This document shows positions 26,409 through 39,939 of a DNA stretch of 64,000 nucleotides, piece by piece. Origin of the DNA: Camelus ferus (taxonomy: Eukaryota); assembly GCF_009834535.1 (NCBI RefSeq), contig NC_045696.1, forward strand, positions 12,464,001 through 12,528,000, written 5' to 3'. The notes beneath the pieces are model-generated. The model was not told where the DNA came from. It saw nothing but the letters and a program-made list of their open reading frames with translations, and did not search any database. Made by a program: the position numbers and the translations under genes. How positions within the stretch are numbered: the stretch's first letter is position 1; each line of letters begins with the position of its first letter.

Positions 26409-28529
26409 CTGGACCGCCATGTTGCTTTACTTTACTAGGTTGGTTCCACTAAAGAAACTAGCAGAGGCCCTTATCCACTGTTTTTGTTCCACATAAATAT
26501 ACACTGGTTGTAGTTCCTTCACTCAGGATCTTTATTCCTATTTTCTTTTTTTTTACAAAATGGACTTTTCTGATAACTAATTATCCTCAGGTAATGGAGA
26601 CACTGCCTCCAAAATACCCATTAATAATGTCTCATTGTTTAGCATTTCACCACTTGCTCTGAGAAGGGCTTCTTTTTTCACTTGCTCAATGCCAGATACT
26701 ATTCTTCAGCTATTCTTTGGACAGTTTTTTGCATGTGCCCGTCCCATTTTCTAAGTAGGACAGAACTTTTACTTCACTCTCTTTTGCAGAGCTAGCAATT
26801 TCCTGATTGGTGTCTGACTTGAAAATGGAGTACTGATGGACAGAAACTGACTGTGACTTTCTATGTAACACCTTGAAACTTGCCTTTCCTTTGATCTTCC
26901 AAATTATGTTCCCATTTTTACTTCTATTTCATAAAAGCAGCTTCCAGGAGCATGCCTGTCTGATTGCAAATGGCCAGTCCTCACCTCTTCAGCCTACACC
27001 TCTTTATCCCCACTGTTCTCATTTGTCAAGTGCAGCCTGGCCAGGTTCAGAGAGACTCAAGAAGAAAAAAAAAATCAAAAAGAGGAGGACACTTTTCTCT
27101 ATACATCTATACTGCAATGGAGACAGTTTCATTTGAATGACAATCTGTGCATCTTGCTGCCCAACTTCATTTTATCCATTGTTTTATTCAATTATCTGTG
27201 CTCTGTCCAACCAAGCATTGTCCCATTTGTAAGCAGAACAAAGGGTGAGACCATCACTTTTACCCAAATCCTTTGTATAGCATTGCTTGTAATTAGCATT
27301 TTCAAAACTGCATTTCCAAAATCACTCCTGGGGTCATTCTGCTTAGAAGCCACATGACAGAAACCCCACAAACTTGAAAACCTAAACAAATTTCTTAAAT
27401 ATGGCATAATGGTTATCGAGTGATTTCTCAAATGGAAGTCAGTGGCATCTCCAGGCATTCAGTCTGCGTTGCCGTGCTCAGAGTCCACAGAGCAGTTCAA
27501 GGGCTAATCTCCTGCTAAGTCATTTCCTCTCTTTGTTTTCAGATTGGATTTCCAAGCAGAATATTCATATCTTGTTCTGTGTATACACTGACTCAGCCTT
27601 GCCACAGTTTTGTGGACAAAGTGGGTATGTGTGCTGTGGGCTTATCTTGCTCTTTTTTATGATATTAGGGTGGTGGTTTTGAGAGATTTTCATTTCTCTT
27701 GTTTTCTCTGGATTCTCTCTTCTCTCCCACCTTCATTCCTATTGATGTGTTCATAGGTTATCACTTGCATGATTTTTGAGACATGATGAGTCAAGGGATT
27801 AACACATTATTTTGATACACAAATACTTTTTCATTGATATGATAGAGGGCACTTGCCTTGGCACTTAGCAAAAAGAAAAATAAATAAAATTTAATTTAAT
27901 TTAAAAGAAAATGGTACTCAGCGTGGTGCTTTCAAGAGTCCTGATAATTCTGTCATCATCAGTATCATACTTTTTGTCTGATTGCCCCAGATCTCCTTTC
28001 ATGCCAAACACTTCTCTCCTCTGCCTGAGGTTAGCAAAAGATTTTCAATAAAAACTTGCATTTGCAGCTCGTAAATGTTGGAAGCTGACAAGACTTCCTG
28101 CTGTGTGGGTTTGTATGGGTGGGTGGGAGTGAACCTTAAAACTGATTATAGAATTTATCTGGAAAGCTAAGCCAGATAAACTCTTCAATGACAATTTCAA
28201 AATTATGAAGAAGGAAGTTGCCAGTTTTACCCTCAAGTCTTTTAGTCCGAAGCATTTTGATGTAAGCATTATTGTTTATAATTATCGTGAGTGGTAAAAA
28301 AATCGTCTTTGTTCTTGTTCTAACTTGGTTTGTAGCAATACTATCCATATTCATTAGAAAGCAACACCTGGGGTAGGAGAGAAATAGAACTCAGAGACAT
28401 AGAAATAAGTCAATTAAAACCATGGATTTTGTTATTGATCTCTAGGAAGTAAAAAGTAGCCACAAATATTGAGTGCTATTTTCTGCCATGTATTATTTAT
28501 TTTTACATTCCTGAAACCTGGAACATGTG

Positions 28530-28950
28530 TTTATTCAACAGGCAGACAGCCTGCTAGGTAGTGGAAATACAGGAAAAATAAGATACAAATCTTGCCCTCA
28601 AGAAGCTCAGAGTTGACTTACAGGGTGTGAACATAAATATTTCTTTTAAAGTCTTCTGTGCAATGATAGAGATATGAATCAGAGAACACAGAGAGAAATC
28701 TAACCCATCAGGCTTCCTGAAGGAGGTGGAATCTGATCTGTGATTTGAAAGCTAAGTAGAAGGTAATGACAACACAGAAAGGAAGTGGAAGGAGAGCAAA
28801 GGAACATGAAGGAGGAGCATGGTGCACAAGGAGAATTAAAGCATTTCCCCATTGCTAGATGGGAAACTATAAAGTAGAAATTGATAAGAGATATGCCTAG
28901 AGAATTCAGAAAGGGGGACCAGATCTTCAGGGCCTTGTTTACAGCAGGTG
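28530..28950 (-). mobile_element. L2 fragment
   Basis: 'ttattcaaca...cttgccctcaagaagctcaga' and 'ggcttcctgaaggaggtgg'. Confidence 0.65.
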
Positions 28951-28977
28951 ATGGAAAGAATTTTAGGAAATTCCTTA

Positions 28978-29370
28978 AATTTTATTTTTTGTCAAATTCT
29001 CTTTCTGCATCTATTAAAGTGATCACGGGGCTATTGTTCTTCATTCTGTTAATGTGCTGTATCACATTTATCAGTTTGCATATGTTGAGCCATCCTTGTA
29101 TGCCAAGGTTAAATCCCACTTGTTCATGGTGTATGATTGTCTATAGGTAATGCTGGTTTCATAAAATGGATATGTGAAGTATTCCCTTCTCTTCAATTTT
29201 CTGGAAGAGTCTGCTTAGAATTGGTGTTAATTCTTCTTTAAATATTTGGTAGAATTTACCAGTGAAGCCGTCTAGTCCTGAGCTTTTCTTTGCTGGGATG
29301 CATTTGATTACTGATTTTACCTCCTAACTAGTTGTAGATCTGTACAGAGTTTCTATTTCTTCTTGATTTT
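28978..29370 (-). mobile_element. L1 ORF2 fragment
   Basis: 'ttctgcatctatt..tgatca', 'aatcccacttgttcatggtgtat' and 'tttggtagaatttaccagtgaagccgtctagtcctg' match antisense L1 ORF2. Confidence 0.85.
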
Positions 29371-29374
29371 AATA

Positions 29375-29690
29375 ATATCAGTTAGCTTGTGCTGTACAAC
29401 AAACTACCCTAAAACCTAGAGGTTTAGAAGAATGACTGTTGAGTTCATGACCCTAAGGGCAGTTCTTCTGGCCAAGCCAACTCAGCTGATTTTACCTGGC
29501 TCTCCCACGTCTCTGGGTCAGCTGGCAAGTTGGCTGGCAGCTAGATGATCCAGGATGACCTCACTCACATGATGGTTGGAGGCTGTCTGCACAGTTCCTT
29601 GGTTTTCCTCCATGTGGCCTTGCATCCACCAGCAGGCTAGCTTCAGTTCATCCACACAGTGGCCTCAGGGCAGCAAGAGGGAAAACTGCC
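29375..29690 (-). mobile_element. MaLR LTR fragment (MLT1)
   Basis: 'tatcagttagcttgtgctgtacaacaaactaccctaaaacctagagg' and 'ctccatgtggcct'. Confidence 0.65.
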
Positions 29691-30142
29691 AGGGCATTTG
29701 AGCCTGAAGCTCACATTATGGAAAATGACATGGCTATTTCAAAATTTTTCAGGTATCCAGAAATGTAACTGTTTATGAAATGATTTAGGGCTCAACAAAG
29801 GATTGAATCAACATGTGGACCCTGGAAACCATTGGAATGAAGTTAATGTAGAATCAAGGGCTGTCACCATCCAATGGAAACATTTTTACCCTAAATTTAA
29901 TTTCTGTATCTCAGAATTTTGCAGAAATCTACTACCTAGAAAGTCTTTTCCAATCACCACCATCCACAAGCGCCTAAGAGAGTTCCTAGGACATATCCTA
30001 TATGGGCTCAAAACAGATCTAATTGTCTCGGACATATTTGGCATTAATCGAATATTTCTTTTTCACCTGCCCCAGCTGCCTTCTGATTTAAGTAATAAGC
30101 TATCCTCTAATACGCTTGTCTTTTGTTCTGGGTACCTCCGTT

Positions 30143-30179
30143 TCTGCAGTCAAATGCTCTACCCCTGAGCTATACCTCC
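30143..30179 (-). pseudogene. Tailless 5'-half tRNA-Cys(GCA) retropseudogene
   Basis: Minus strand GGAGGTATAGCTCAGGGGTAGAGCATTTGACTGCAGA matches the first 37 nt of mammalian tRNA-Cys(GCA) as I recall it, with one mismatch; TSD tgggtacctcc(g/a)tttctg at 30129-30146 and 30180-30197. Confidence 0.9.
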
Positions 30180-33100
30180 TGGGTACCTCCATTTCTGATT
30201 AGCATTTCAGCTTCTGCCTGAAATCCCATCAGCTCTGCTGGAGATTATAACCGCTATCAGGAACAATCACAGTGCCAAATATACACAGTGTTCTGACACA
30301 GAGTGGGGGAGAACATATCTCTATTTCTTTGACATGCTCAAGTGGATACTAAAGGATTTATTCTTTACTTCTAAATATTAGACATTTTAGTGAAAATATT
30401 TGTGATAAAATGTGCTATGAAGAAGAAAAACTGATTTGTTTATACTATTAAGAAGAAAAACTTGTCTTATTATTTTCTTTTGCTTTCTTTTGTTTTTGCT
30501 TTTAGCATTTTTTTCTTTGTTTTTGCTGACGTAGACTTACAAATGAATAAAATGTTCTCCTTCTCTCATCTTCACCTCAGAAAGAAGATCCCATTCTGGG
30601 AGAGAGTATACATCTTGTATATTTCAGATCCACAAAGATAGAATAAGTCAGGAAGAGAAATAAAAAGTAATGTTTTGAACTGAAGAGAGGGAATTAACCA
30701 ATTTCTAGTGGTTTCTCTGTGTTAGAAGGAAGTCAGTGATGACTTTCCTCAAGGAATGGAAATTGTGTGCCCCCTCCCACACGTACTCAAGGAAAGCTGG
30801 TCCTCGAGAAAGGGCTAGATAAAGGCTAGAGGCCTGAACACTTAGAAGTCTTCCCACCCAGAGCACAGAGGCACCCACTTTTTAATGGAACAGGTGGCCT
30901 TAAACATGAGCATCTCAGAAAAGACAATGATGGACTGAAGGATCTTCACCCTAATCCTCTAGATTGAGAAAGCCCTTTGGCTGCTGTAAAGACCCTTGGG
31001 CAGGATAAACAATCACCAAGACATGACCAAATGGGAAAATCCTACAAACCCAGATGGATAGAAACTGAGACTGCTTTATTTCACTTAGAAAAACAAATGT
31101 GGTGGTTTTCACACACAAGTAAAATGAATTACACAACTTCTTTAGTTTTTATTATCAAGCATCTCTTTTCTCTCCCTAAGAACCAGGCAGTTAGCACTGG
31201 GCCAGAGATGAATCTAAAACCAAACAGCAAGCCATATTCAGAGCAAACACTTCCCTCATATAACCACTGCTTTGTTATCATGCCAAGCTTACATTCCTGG
31301 ATCTCTGTCCCTGAGGATAAATTCTCTCCCAGAACATTCAACAGTGTCTACTGCAAATAGACCTTTGGTGCATCTGCCACATCAGTTAGCCAAATGTGTC
31401 CAGATAGTTTCAAATCCCAGAGGTGGGTACACATGGGACTCAAGCCCTCATGTTGGGGATCGAAGGAAATGTAAAGTTGAAAAAGTCAGATCCCCTGACA
31501 TATGAGTAAACAAATCATCTTTAGGAGCTACACTAGAGTCCACCAAATGCTAAAACGAGCCCAGAATCATAGAGGATAAAAACCCTCTTCTGTGGAGGGT
31601 GTTTATCCCCTACACACTACTTGCTCACATCACACACGAATGGGGTCAGCAGGGGTTTCTGCTCCATACAGTCATTCAGGGATGCAGTCTTCTATCATCT
31701 TGTAGTAGCACCATCCTCCAAGGCTTCATACTTCTCTGCATTAAGCCAGTGATAGGGTGAAAGCCAACGATGGGACAAGAGCTTGGAAGACTACATGTGA
31801 GAAGATTCCATGCGCCAAGCCTTTAAGTTGTATGTAAGTTGTATGTAGCATTTACCTCCAAATTCCACTACTACAAATTCTAGCACATGCCCCTGCATAA
31901 CTGTTTTGCTCACTGCAAAGAAAGCTGAGAAATGCATGCCCAGGAATTAGTGGAAATTAATTTTGAGAGACATCTAGCCAGTCTCGAGTCTAAACCACAT
32001 GAATCATAGTTCTTTTTCCCTGCTTATGTTTCTCCATTCCCCTGGATCAGATGAGCTAATGACTGAGGAAATTGCAAAAGAAGTGTTAAATTATGACTAT
32101 ATTCCAACAGCCTAAACAATTTCTAAAAATCTTAATTTTTGTGTGTGAAAGTTAAATTCTAGAAATATTTAAGTGGACCAACTCCTTATTTTAATAACTA
32201 TTTTATAGTGACTCTCTAATTTATTCTGGTGGATAATGTAAAATGCTAAAAATCTGATTTTCAGTTCCTCAAAAAGGTACAAATACTGCCTTGCTCCATA
32301 ATTTTACTAACATGATGAGAGACTGGCGTTTTAATTCAAAAGCTTCTCCAGATTGAGGTCACTGCTATGGCCCTGGAGATTTGGCTTCAGGAAGCCAAAC
32401 CACAAATCTGAAGGCTGCTTGGTGAGATGGACTTGAAAGCACATAGCCTTGGGGTGGGAGTGTCCTCCATCACTGAGGCTACTGAGTCCCATCCTTTTGT
32501 GGAAGCCTGAGAAGTGAGTCTATGAGGCCAGACAGGTACTCTGCTCCCCCCTGGGGAGTGCTAGAGACAGGGCACACTTTCCTGCCAGGCTCCTTTTCCA
32601 ATATTCCATGCTGGAAGCCCCTGTTACAGACAACATGCACCCAAAAGGCTACACCGGAAAAATTAGTTTAGGGAAGGTCTCACATAAAACTTCTTTTTAT
32701 TAATATTCTGTGAATTCAGTTTCAATCAGCCTCCAATTTCTAATGAATTCCTTATTGCCTAAATATATTTGAATTCTTTCCATTTATCTCACTGTCTATT
32801 TTTGTCCAATACCCTGTTCAGTCAGAGGCTGCCTTACATGAGGGAAAAATAATCAAAAAAGTTTCAGAGACAGTTAAAAATGTTTAGGGATTTAGAAACA
32901 TTGACACCAATTTTGAAAGAAAAAGGATCAAAAGTCTTTTATGATATAGTCTCCTGAATTTCTACATAAAATCACCAGGCTGCCTTTTTTTTTTTTTTTT
33001 TTTTTTCTTTTTTTTACAACGCACATCGCTGGGCCCCACTATAGACCTACAAATTCAGACTTCATAGAGTCAGGAGAGAGAATTTTTAAACCAATTTCCA

Positions 33101-33567
33101 AGGTGATTCCAATTCACATTAAAGCTGAGAATAAAGGATAACTAAACTAAAGGATAATTGGGTCTCGATAAAAATACATTTATCTTTTCTCAAGAAAAAA
33201 ACATTCAATATATATTTATGGAGTTTTGCTGGCTGTCTATATCACTATAATATGGGTAGTATAAGGATGATTGTGAGGAAAAAGTTAAGTGCTCCCTACC
33301 CCATGCCTACCCCTCACCCCAGACAGATGTCCAGATAGATGGCCCATGAACAATGAGCAGGGTGATCCATCCAAGCCCATCCTGAAGGACACCAGGCCCT
33401 ATCTCCTCTTTCTTCATAGAAGACTAGAGAGAGGGAGAGAAGACAAGAGGAGGCTATTGCCTCTTTCTTAACCCCTCCCTGGGTTGTGGAGATGAGGGAG
33501 AAAAGAGAACACTGAACTTGTCCTTCCTCCCCCAAAGACTTTATCCAGGGGACTCTCTCTTAAGGTT

Positions 33568-34225
33568 TCAGTTATCTGTGACTGTATAACAAACTCAGTG
33601 GCTTAAAATAACAATATGTTATTTCCATGGTTCTAACAGTTGGATCGGTTCAGCTCAATAGCCTTACTTGGTACTTCTCAGGCAGTATCATTCAGGTAGC
33701 AGCTGGGTCTGGTGATCTCTGAAGGTTCACAGGCCAGGTGTGTGAAATAACTCACTCATATGGCTAGGAATTGATACAAAGTGTCAGCTTTAGGCTCAAT
33801 GGGACTGTGCTGGGATGAAATAGATAGCTCTATGGAATCAAAACACTCCACATTTCACATCCTTTTTGCCAGGGAACGTCCTATAACACAATAATTAGGT
33901 CTGACTTTGAGGCACTTGCATATGGCCTGTCCATATGACTTGGGCTTCTCACAGTATTGCTTAGGGTGTGGGAGATCTGAGAAGGACTGGTTGTCCAAGA
34001 GCAAGTATTCCGGGCAGAAGCTGCAAGATTTCTCATGAACTAGCACCCCTTCTAATTCATTCTACTGGTCAAGCAAGTCACTTAGGCCAGCCAAGATCCA
34101 AGAACATAGGAAATAGTCTTCTTTTCATGACGTGGGGGAGCGGTGAGATCGCACTGAAGAGGAACATGATAGGTGAGAGATGCCGTCTGTACCATCTGAT
34201 AGCAGCCATCTGTAGAAAATGCAAT
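33568..34225 (-). mobile_element. MaLR LTR (MLT1G/H-like)
   Basis: 'tcagttatctgtgactgtataacaaactcagtggcttaaaataacaa', 'gacttgggcttctcacagtat' and 'ttctactggtcaagcaagtcac'. Confidence 0.7.
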
Positions 34226-34781
34226 CCTCCATAGAAGGTGGCTCTGAAATATGGTATAGAGCTTGCTTCTATTTTTCCACCAAGCAGACTTGCAAGGGAA
34301 TGGAGACGGTAGCATGATTCTGGGGATGGGCTAGGGCAGACCCAAAAGGTGGTAAAGAACATAGCATTGGGGAAATTCCAAGAGGTCAACAACCCCAGTT
34401 CCCTGTGGTTCACTGTGCCTTGGCATTACAAAAGAAGAAACAAAGGCTGAGGGTATTCATTACCTTCCAAAATTCCCCAGGGATGAAGATCAGGGGGTGA
34501 GGGGGTGCAGAATCCCACACTGCACAGCTCCTACATGGAGTCAATAGACACCACAACTATATGCACACATACCCCATGCTGATGGCAAACATCAACACAA
34601 AAGACTTTCCATCAGTCCTTTCCCCTCAGGCAGGGGAGGCCCTGGGCATTGCCCAGAATGCACATAGGCATGCAGGGCAAGAATAAAGGGAGCAACTGAA
34701 AGAGAAAGATGGGTCCTCCCTTCTTCTCTACTAAGCTCCTTGAAGCGGGGCAGAAGATAGTTACAGAAGACAGTGATTCTT

Positions 34782-34858
34782 TGTTTTTTATTATTGAAGT
34801 ATAGTCAGTTTACAGTACTGTGTTAATTTCTGGTGTATAGCATAGTGACTCAGTTATT

Positions 34859-34896
<38 letters not shown>

Positions 34897-35562
34897 TATA
34901 TATATTTCCATATTCTTTTTCATTGTAGGCTATTACAAGATATTGAATATAGTTTCCTTTGCTGTACAGCAGGACCTTGCTGTTTATCTATTTTATATAT
35001 AGTAGTTAGTATCTGCAAATCCCAAACTCCCAATTTATCTTTCCACCTGCCTTTTCCCTCCAGTAACCACAAGTTTGTTTTTTATGACTTTGAGTCTGTT
35101 TCTGTTTTGTAAATAACTTCACTTGTCTCATTTTTTTAGATTCCACATATAAGTGATATATGGTATTTTTCTTTTTCTTTCTGGCTTACTTCACTTAGAA
35201 TGACAATCTCCAGGTCCATCCATGTTGCTGCAAATGGCATTATTTTATTCCTTTTTATAGCTGAATAGTATTATACACACACACACAGGTACACAGACAC
35301 GTACACGCACGTACTGTATCTTTTTTATCCAATCATCTGTTGATGGGCATTTAGGTTGCTTCTTGACTATTGTAAACAGTGCTATTATGAACATTGAGGT
35401 GCATGTATCTTTTTGAATTAGAGTTCCCTACAGATATATGCCCAAGATTGGGATTGCTGGATCATATGGTAAATCTATTTTCAATTTTTTAAGGAATCTC
35501 CATACTGTTTTCCATAAGGGCTGAACCAAACTACATTCCCACCAACAGTGTAGGATGTTTCC
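34782..35562 (-). mobile_element. 5'-truncated younger L1 with TSD
   Basis: Antisense L1 3' end ('ttttagattccacatataagtgata', 'ccatccatgttgctgcaaatggcatta'); 18-bp TSD cagaagac(a/g)gtgattctt at 34764-34781 and 35563-35580. Confidence 0.92.
34858..34905 (+). repeat. Compound (TA)n(CA)n(TA)n microsatellite inside L1
   Basis: Directly visible. Confidence 0.95.
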
Positions 35563-36669
35563 CAGAAGACGGTGATTCTTGAATATGAATGAATACGTGC
35601 TTCCATGAGACTCAGAGCTTAATAATCATTTTAGAATGCAAATCACTAATCAACAATGAATTTATCAGCATGGGCTGAGATATCTTAACAGTGTTTTATA
35701 TTTTCTCTTCTTCTCTGTACCTCCTCCCCACCTACCCCTTAAAGGCAAGGGGAAAGGGTTATGAACTTGAACAATTATGACAATAGCTTAAAAATAATCC
35801 ACTCCATGTTTGGGCACTATAAAAATGCTCAAGAGAATTTTCTGCATGTAAACACTTTTTTGAAATGAAGAATTTGAGTTACTCTCCTATAAGAAGGTCC
35901 TAAAAGTTAGACCTAATTGTTGTGTTAGAGGAGATTCCATGGCAAAAAAAGATGTGAAATGTGGAGTGCTTTGGTTCCATAGAGATATCTATTTCATCCC
36001 AGGAATAAACCTATGTTGTTATTTATAAATGTCTGCCCCTGCCATTAGTCTGTAAGCTCCCTCAGGGCAGGGCCACACTGATTGTATTTCCAGCATCCAA
36101 CATGGTACCTTAAATAGGAAGGTATTCAAAATTTGTTGAGTGAATGACTGAGTTGAGCTAATGAGCCAAAGAGACACAGAACTCTAGAGGTAGAAGAGAC
36201 TTCAAAGACCATTTAATTCAACCTTGATCTTTCAAATTACGATTCTGATGTCCACAGAGCTTGAAGAACCTGTTCACCATAATGGTGTATGTTGGTGGCA
36301 AGGCAAGGACTAGAAGACATGTCTCTTGTCTCCGAATCCAGAGATTTCCCAAGCAACTACATTTCCTTCTCCACACTGAGGTGAACCAGGAGAACTGGGT
36401 ACTAATCAGATGGGTTCAATCTGGTTGTATCTTCAAGCTTCAAATATCAACAATATTTCTTTGATTTTTCCCCTCTCACCTCAAAGTCATATAATTTAAC
36501 TAATTAAAGGAAAAGATTCATAAGTAGAGCATAATTTCCACAAAAGTTAAACCCAGCTAGCAGAAAGGAATGAAGGCAGAAAAGGGTTCTGGACCGACCT
36601 GATTTGGCAATAAGTATATAGTGTAACCAAAGCATCAAATCATATCACCTCACTGAAAAAGTACCTAAA

Positions 36670-37990
36670 TTCATGCATTCATTTAACAATATTTATTGGG
36701 CATCTACTATGTGACAAATGCTGTTTTAGGCAGTGAAGATTAGTGGCAAATAAGACAAGGTCCTTTCTTCAAGTACATTATGCTCCAGTTAGGGAATTAC
36801 TGAGAGTACTGAGTGACCTGGAGTACAGAAACATGATGCTTGGATATGGGATAACAGCTGGGGGACAATTTCCTTTGGAGTGGATGGTCAAGAAAATCTC
36901 TCTGAGGAGGTGCTATTTCATCTGGGCTCTAAACAACCAGAAGGATCTTGCCATGCTAAGCACTAAGGAAGTATTATTCCAGGCAAAGGAACAGCAAATA
37001 CAAAGACTTAGAGGAAGTATGATTTTGAGAGAAGTGAAGAGGGAAATCGAGGCAGAGGAAACAGCTGGAGAAAAAGAAATACAATAATGATAATAATATA
37101 TGTTTTAAGTATGAAAATACATGGCATGTTTGGAAGCAAGCAATTTTGACATGGCTGAAATAGGCTATGGGTGAGAATGAGACTAAAAAACAAGGCTGGG
37201 AAGCAAACACTTGAAAGTCTAGACTTTATTCTTCAGGTAATGGGGAATAAAGGGATGGAATGAATGAATGCAGAGACTGGATGGAAGTATAAAGAGACTA
37301 GAGGCAAGGAGTCCAGATAACAGATTTTAATCACCATGGTCCAGTTCATATTGGGAGGCAGAATTAACAGAGTAGCATTGGTCTTGGAAAAGGGGAGAGA
37401 GAATTAAGGGATATCTTGGGGATGGAATTGTCATATGTGTAGGGACCAATTACATTTAAGAGTTGACAAGAGTGAGGAGTCAGAAAACTTAATGGTTTCC
37501 AAACTGGACAATAGTGGAAGGGGAACAAGCGGCTAATATATGCAGTAGCAATTCTGTGAGATGAGTTCAGTTTAGGTCATACCTGGAGGGTCAGACATCT
37601 GTGGAATAGCCAAAGAGAGCTGGCTGGCTGGCTACTGAGAGATGAGGTCTGTTTTTGAGAAGGAAGGGGTGAAGATGCAGGTATGGAATTTGTAGGCATA
37701 TAAATGAGAGTTAAATCCATGGGAGTGGGTGAGGAAACTCAGAAGAGGAAGGGACTAAAGAAACAGAAGGTTGAGAAGAAGAGGGCAGGGAAAATGAGTA
37801 GAAGAGAACCTTAGGAAATGATTTCATTTAAGGTATGACAGAGCAAAAAGAGCCAGTGAAGGGTTCTAAAGAGTGATGTAGAGTGATAGGAGGGAAATCA
37901 GAAGAGAGTATTATGTGAGAATTAATTGGATGAGAAAAGAAGAGAATCAAAAATGTCAAAAATACTGTCAAGAGGAGAGTAGACCATAAT
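36670..37990 (-). mobile_element. Long L2 remnant
   Basis: 'cattcatttaacaatatttattgggcatctactatgtgac', 'tattccaggcaaaggaacagc' and 'gatgagttcagtttaggtcat'; purine-rich; explains ORF 36743-37087. Confidence 0.75.
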
Positions 37991-38589
37991 TGGAGTTATT
38001 ATAGTTATTTCTGTGGATTGACTAAATTCTATTCAGGAGGATAGTTAGAGCTACATTGCTGTTCTGAAAATAAATCTAAGTTGGGCCAAAGTGCATAGTT
38101 TCTTTCTCCAGTGAAAACTTTGCCCGCTGTCAAATACGATCACTTTTAAAATTAAGTAAGGACCAACTTCACAGTTAGAGGTATTCCTTTGCCTCCCCCT
38201 TTCCCTGATTTCATGCAAATTATGAATATAGAGTGTAGTAATTTAATAAGTCACTGTAATTTTGAACTTAGCTATAGTAGGCATCTACCAGAATGATTTA
38301 GAAGAAAAGCTATAAATATTCTGCTTATGTTGACTCGAATTCATAAGGGTTTTAGGGATATAAATGAAAGAGTAGTTTAGTAAAAATAGGGTACTTAGAA
38401 CAATATAGAACATCACATGCAAGTTTTATGTATACAATTGATACAAAGCAGTGTTATTTAACTTCTAGACATTGTCACTTGAAGGATCATCATCTATGAA
38501 TTTTTAATTGCACATTTCAGCCTGAGCTCAATCAAAATTAATACCTATCAAGACAATAGATTTCATTTTTGTCTGTAGAATATACTTAC

Positions 38590-38700
38590 CAAATTGATGT
38601 ACTATCTTGCATAGAGCATTACCATGAAGATCAACCATGCCCTTTCAAACACATCATTTTCCTTGGACTCTCCCGTAACGTCAATCACCTCAGAGGCTCT
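38590..38700 (-). other. Candidate exon, 111 nt, with ATG in good Kozak context (MVDLHGNALCKIVHQF)
   Basis: Acceptor 'ttttctatccctctgtaatgacattagcag|', consensus donor 'TTG|GTAAGT', 'gggcATGg'. Confidence 0.3.
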
Positions 38701-39939
38701 CTGCTAATGTCATTACAGAGGGATAGAAAATGAGGTCTGCCATGTTATTAACATGCTGTTATTTTGTGAAAGAGACAAATAGAACAGAAACTTAAAGACA
38801 AGAGGTAGGCGGGAATGGGAAGAAAAACATCAAAATGTGAAAATCAAGTAAGACAACTTGTTCAGATTCCAACACTCTACAACATACCACATTATACCTG
38901 TCTCATAAATTTTCCTTCAGCTTGGGGTAGAAAATTAAATTACCATGTTTCAGTGATTTAAGATCTTTGATTTTGATTTGAGTAACTGTGTTTATGCAGT
39001 TGCTTCACATTTTTTCCCAATAAGGTAAAGCTTCTTATTATTTTAAGAATTATTCACAGCACATTTTTGATCCTCTACAAACTTAAAATGCAAATAAAAT
39101 TTATTGATTTTATAAAAACATTAAAATGAACGTTAGGTAATTGACATAGATACTGTTGATTACCCACCCAACAACTCTTTCTACTTTCCTATCAGAACCA
39201 TGGTTTTATTCAGCATTCACCCTAACCTCTTCCCTGGAGAAATCCTAATTATCCTTGGCTAATGATGTGCCTATCAATGCCCAGGAAGGTGATATTGGTC
39301 CCAGGATGAGCCTATGACTGAAATTGATCCAATCAAACTGGAAAAGAAGATTTACACTCTCCATCTTTCCTCTGATAGACACAAACAAGGAACATAAAGT
39401 CTCAGTTGTCACAGAGGGCCATCTTGCTTCCCTGAGGAGAACCATTCTTAGAATCAAGAAAGGCAGAGCAGAATTACAGGGAAAAAGAAAAAAAAAACCT
39501 GAACTTTCAATGCCTCCATTGAGTTTATTATACCTGGAGCCCACTTAGCCTTTGAATTACTGAAAATGGAAGAAAATAAATGCCCTTTTTGTCTGTGTAT
39601 TTGAGTGGAGATTTTCTGCTATATACAGCGAAAAACATCTCAAGTAACTTAGTAATTTACCTAAACTCTTAAAAATAGCATTTCATATTCACTTTAGTCT
39701 TTCCTCACAATTTTAGGTGGCATATTTCTAATATGGTTGAGGGCACAGAGGCACACTAAGGTCAAATTATGTACCAAATGCAATCTACCCAAGTTAAAAT
39801 AAGAACTTCCAGGGCCTAACATACCAACAAAACATATTTTGTAGGATATGCCAATTCCTTATGGCACCAACTACATATTTTTAGTCTTTCAATCAATGAG
39901 ATTTAACATTCACAAACATCCCAAATTCCTCTGTTTTGT

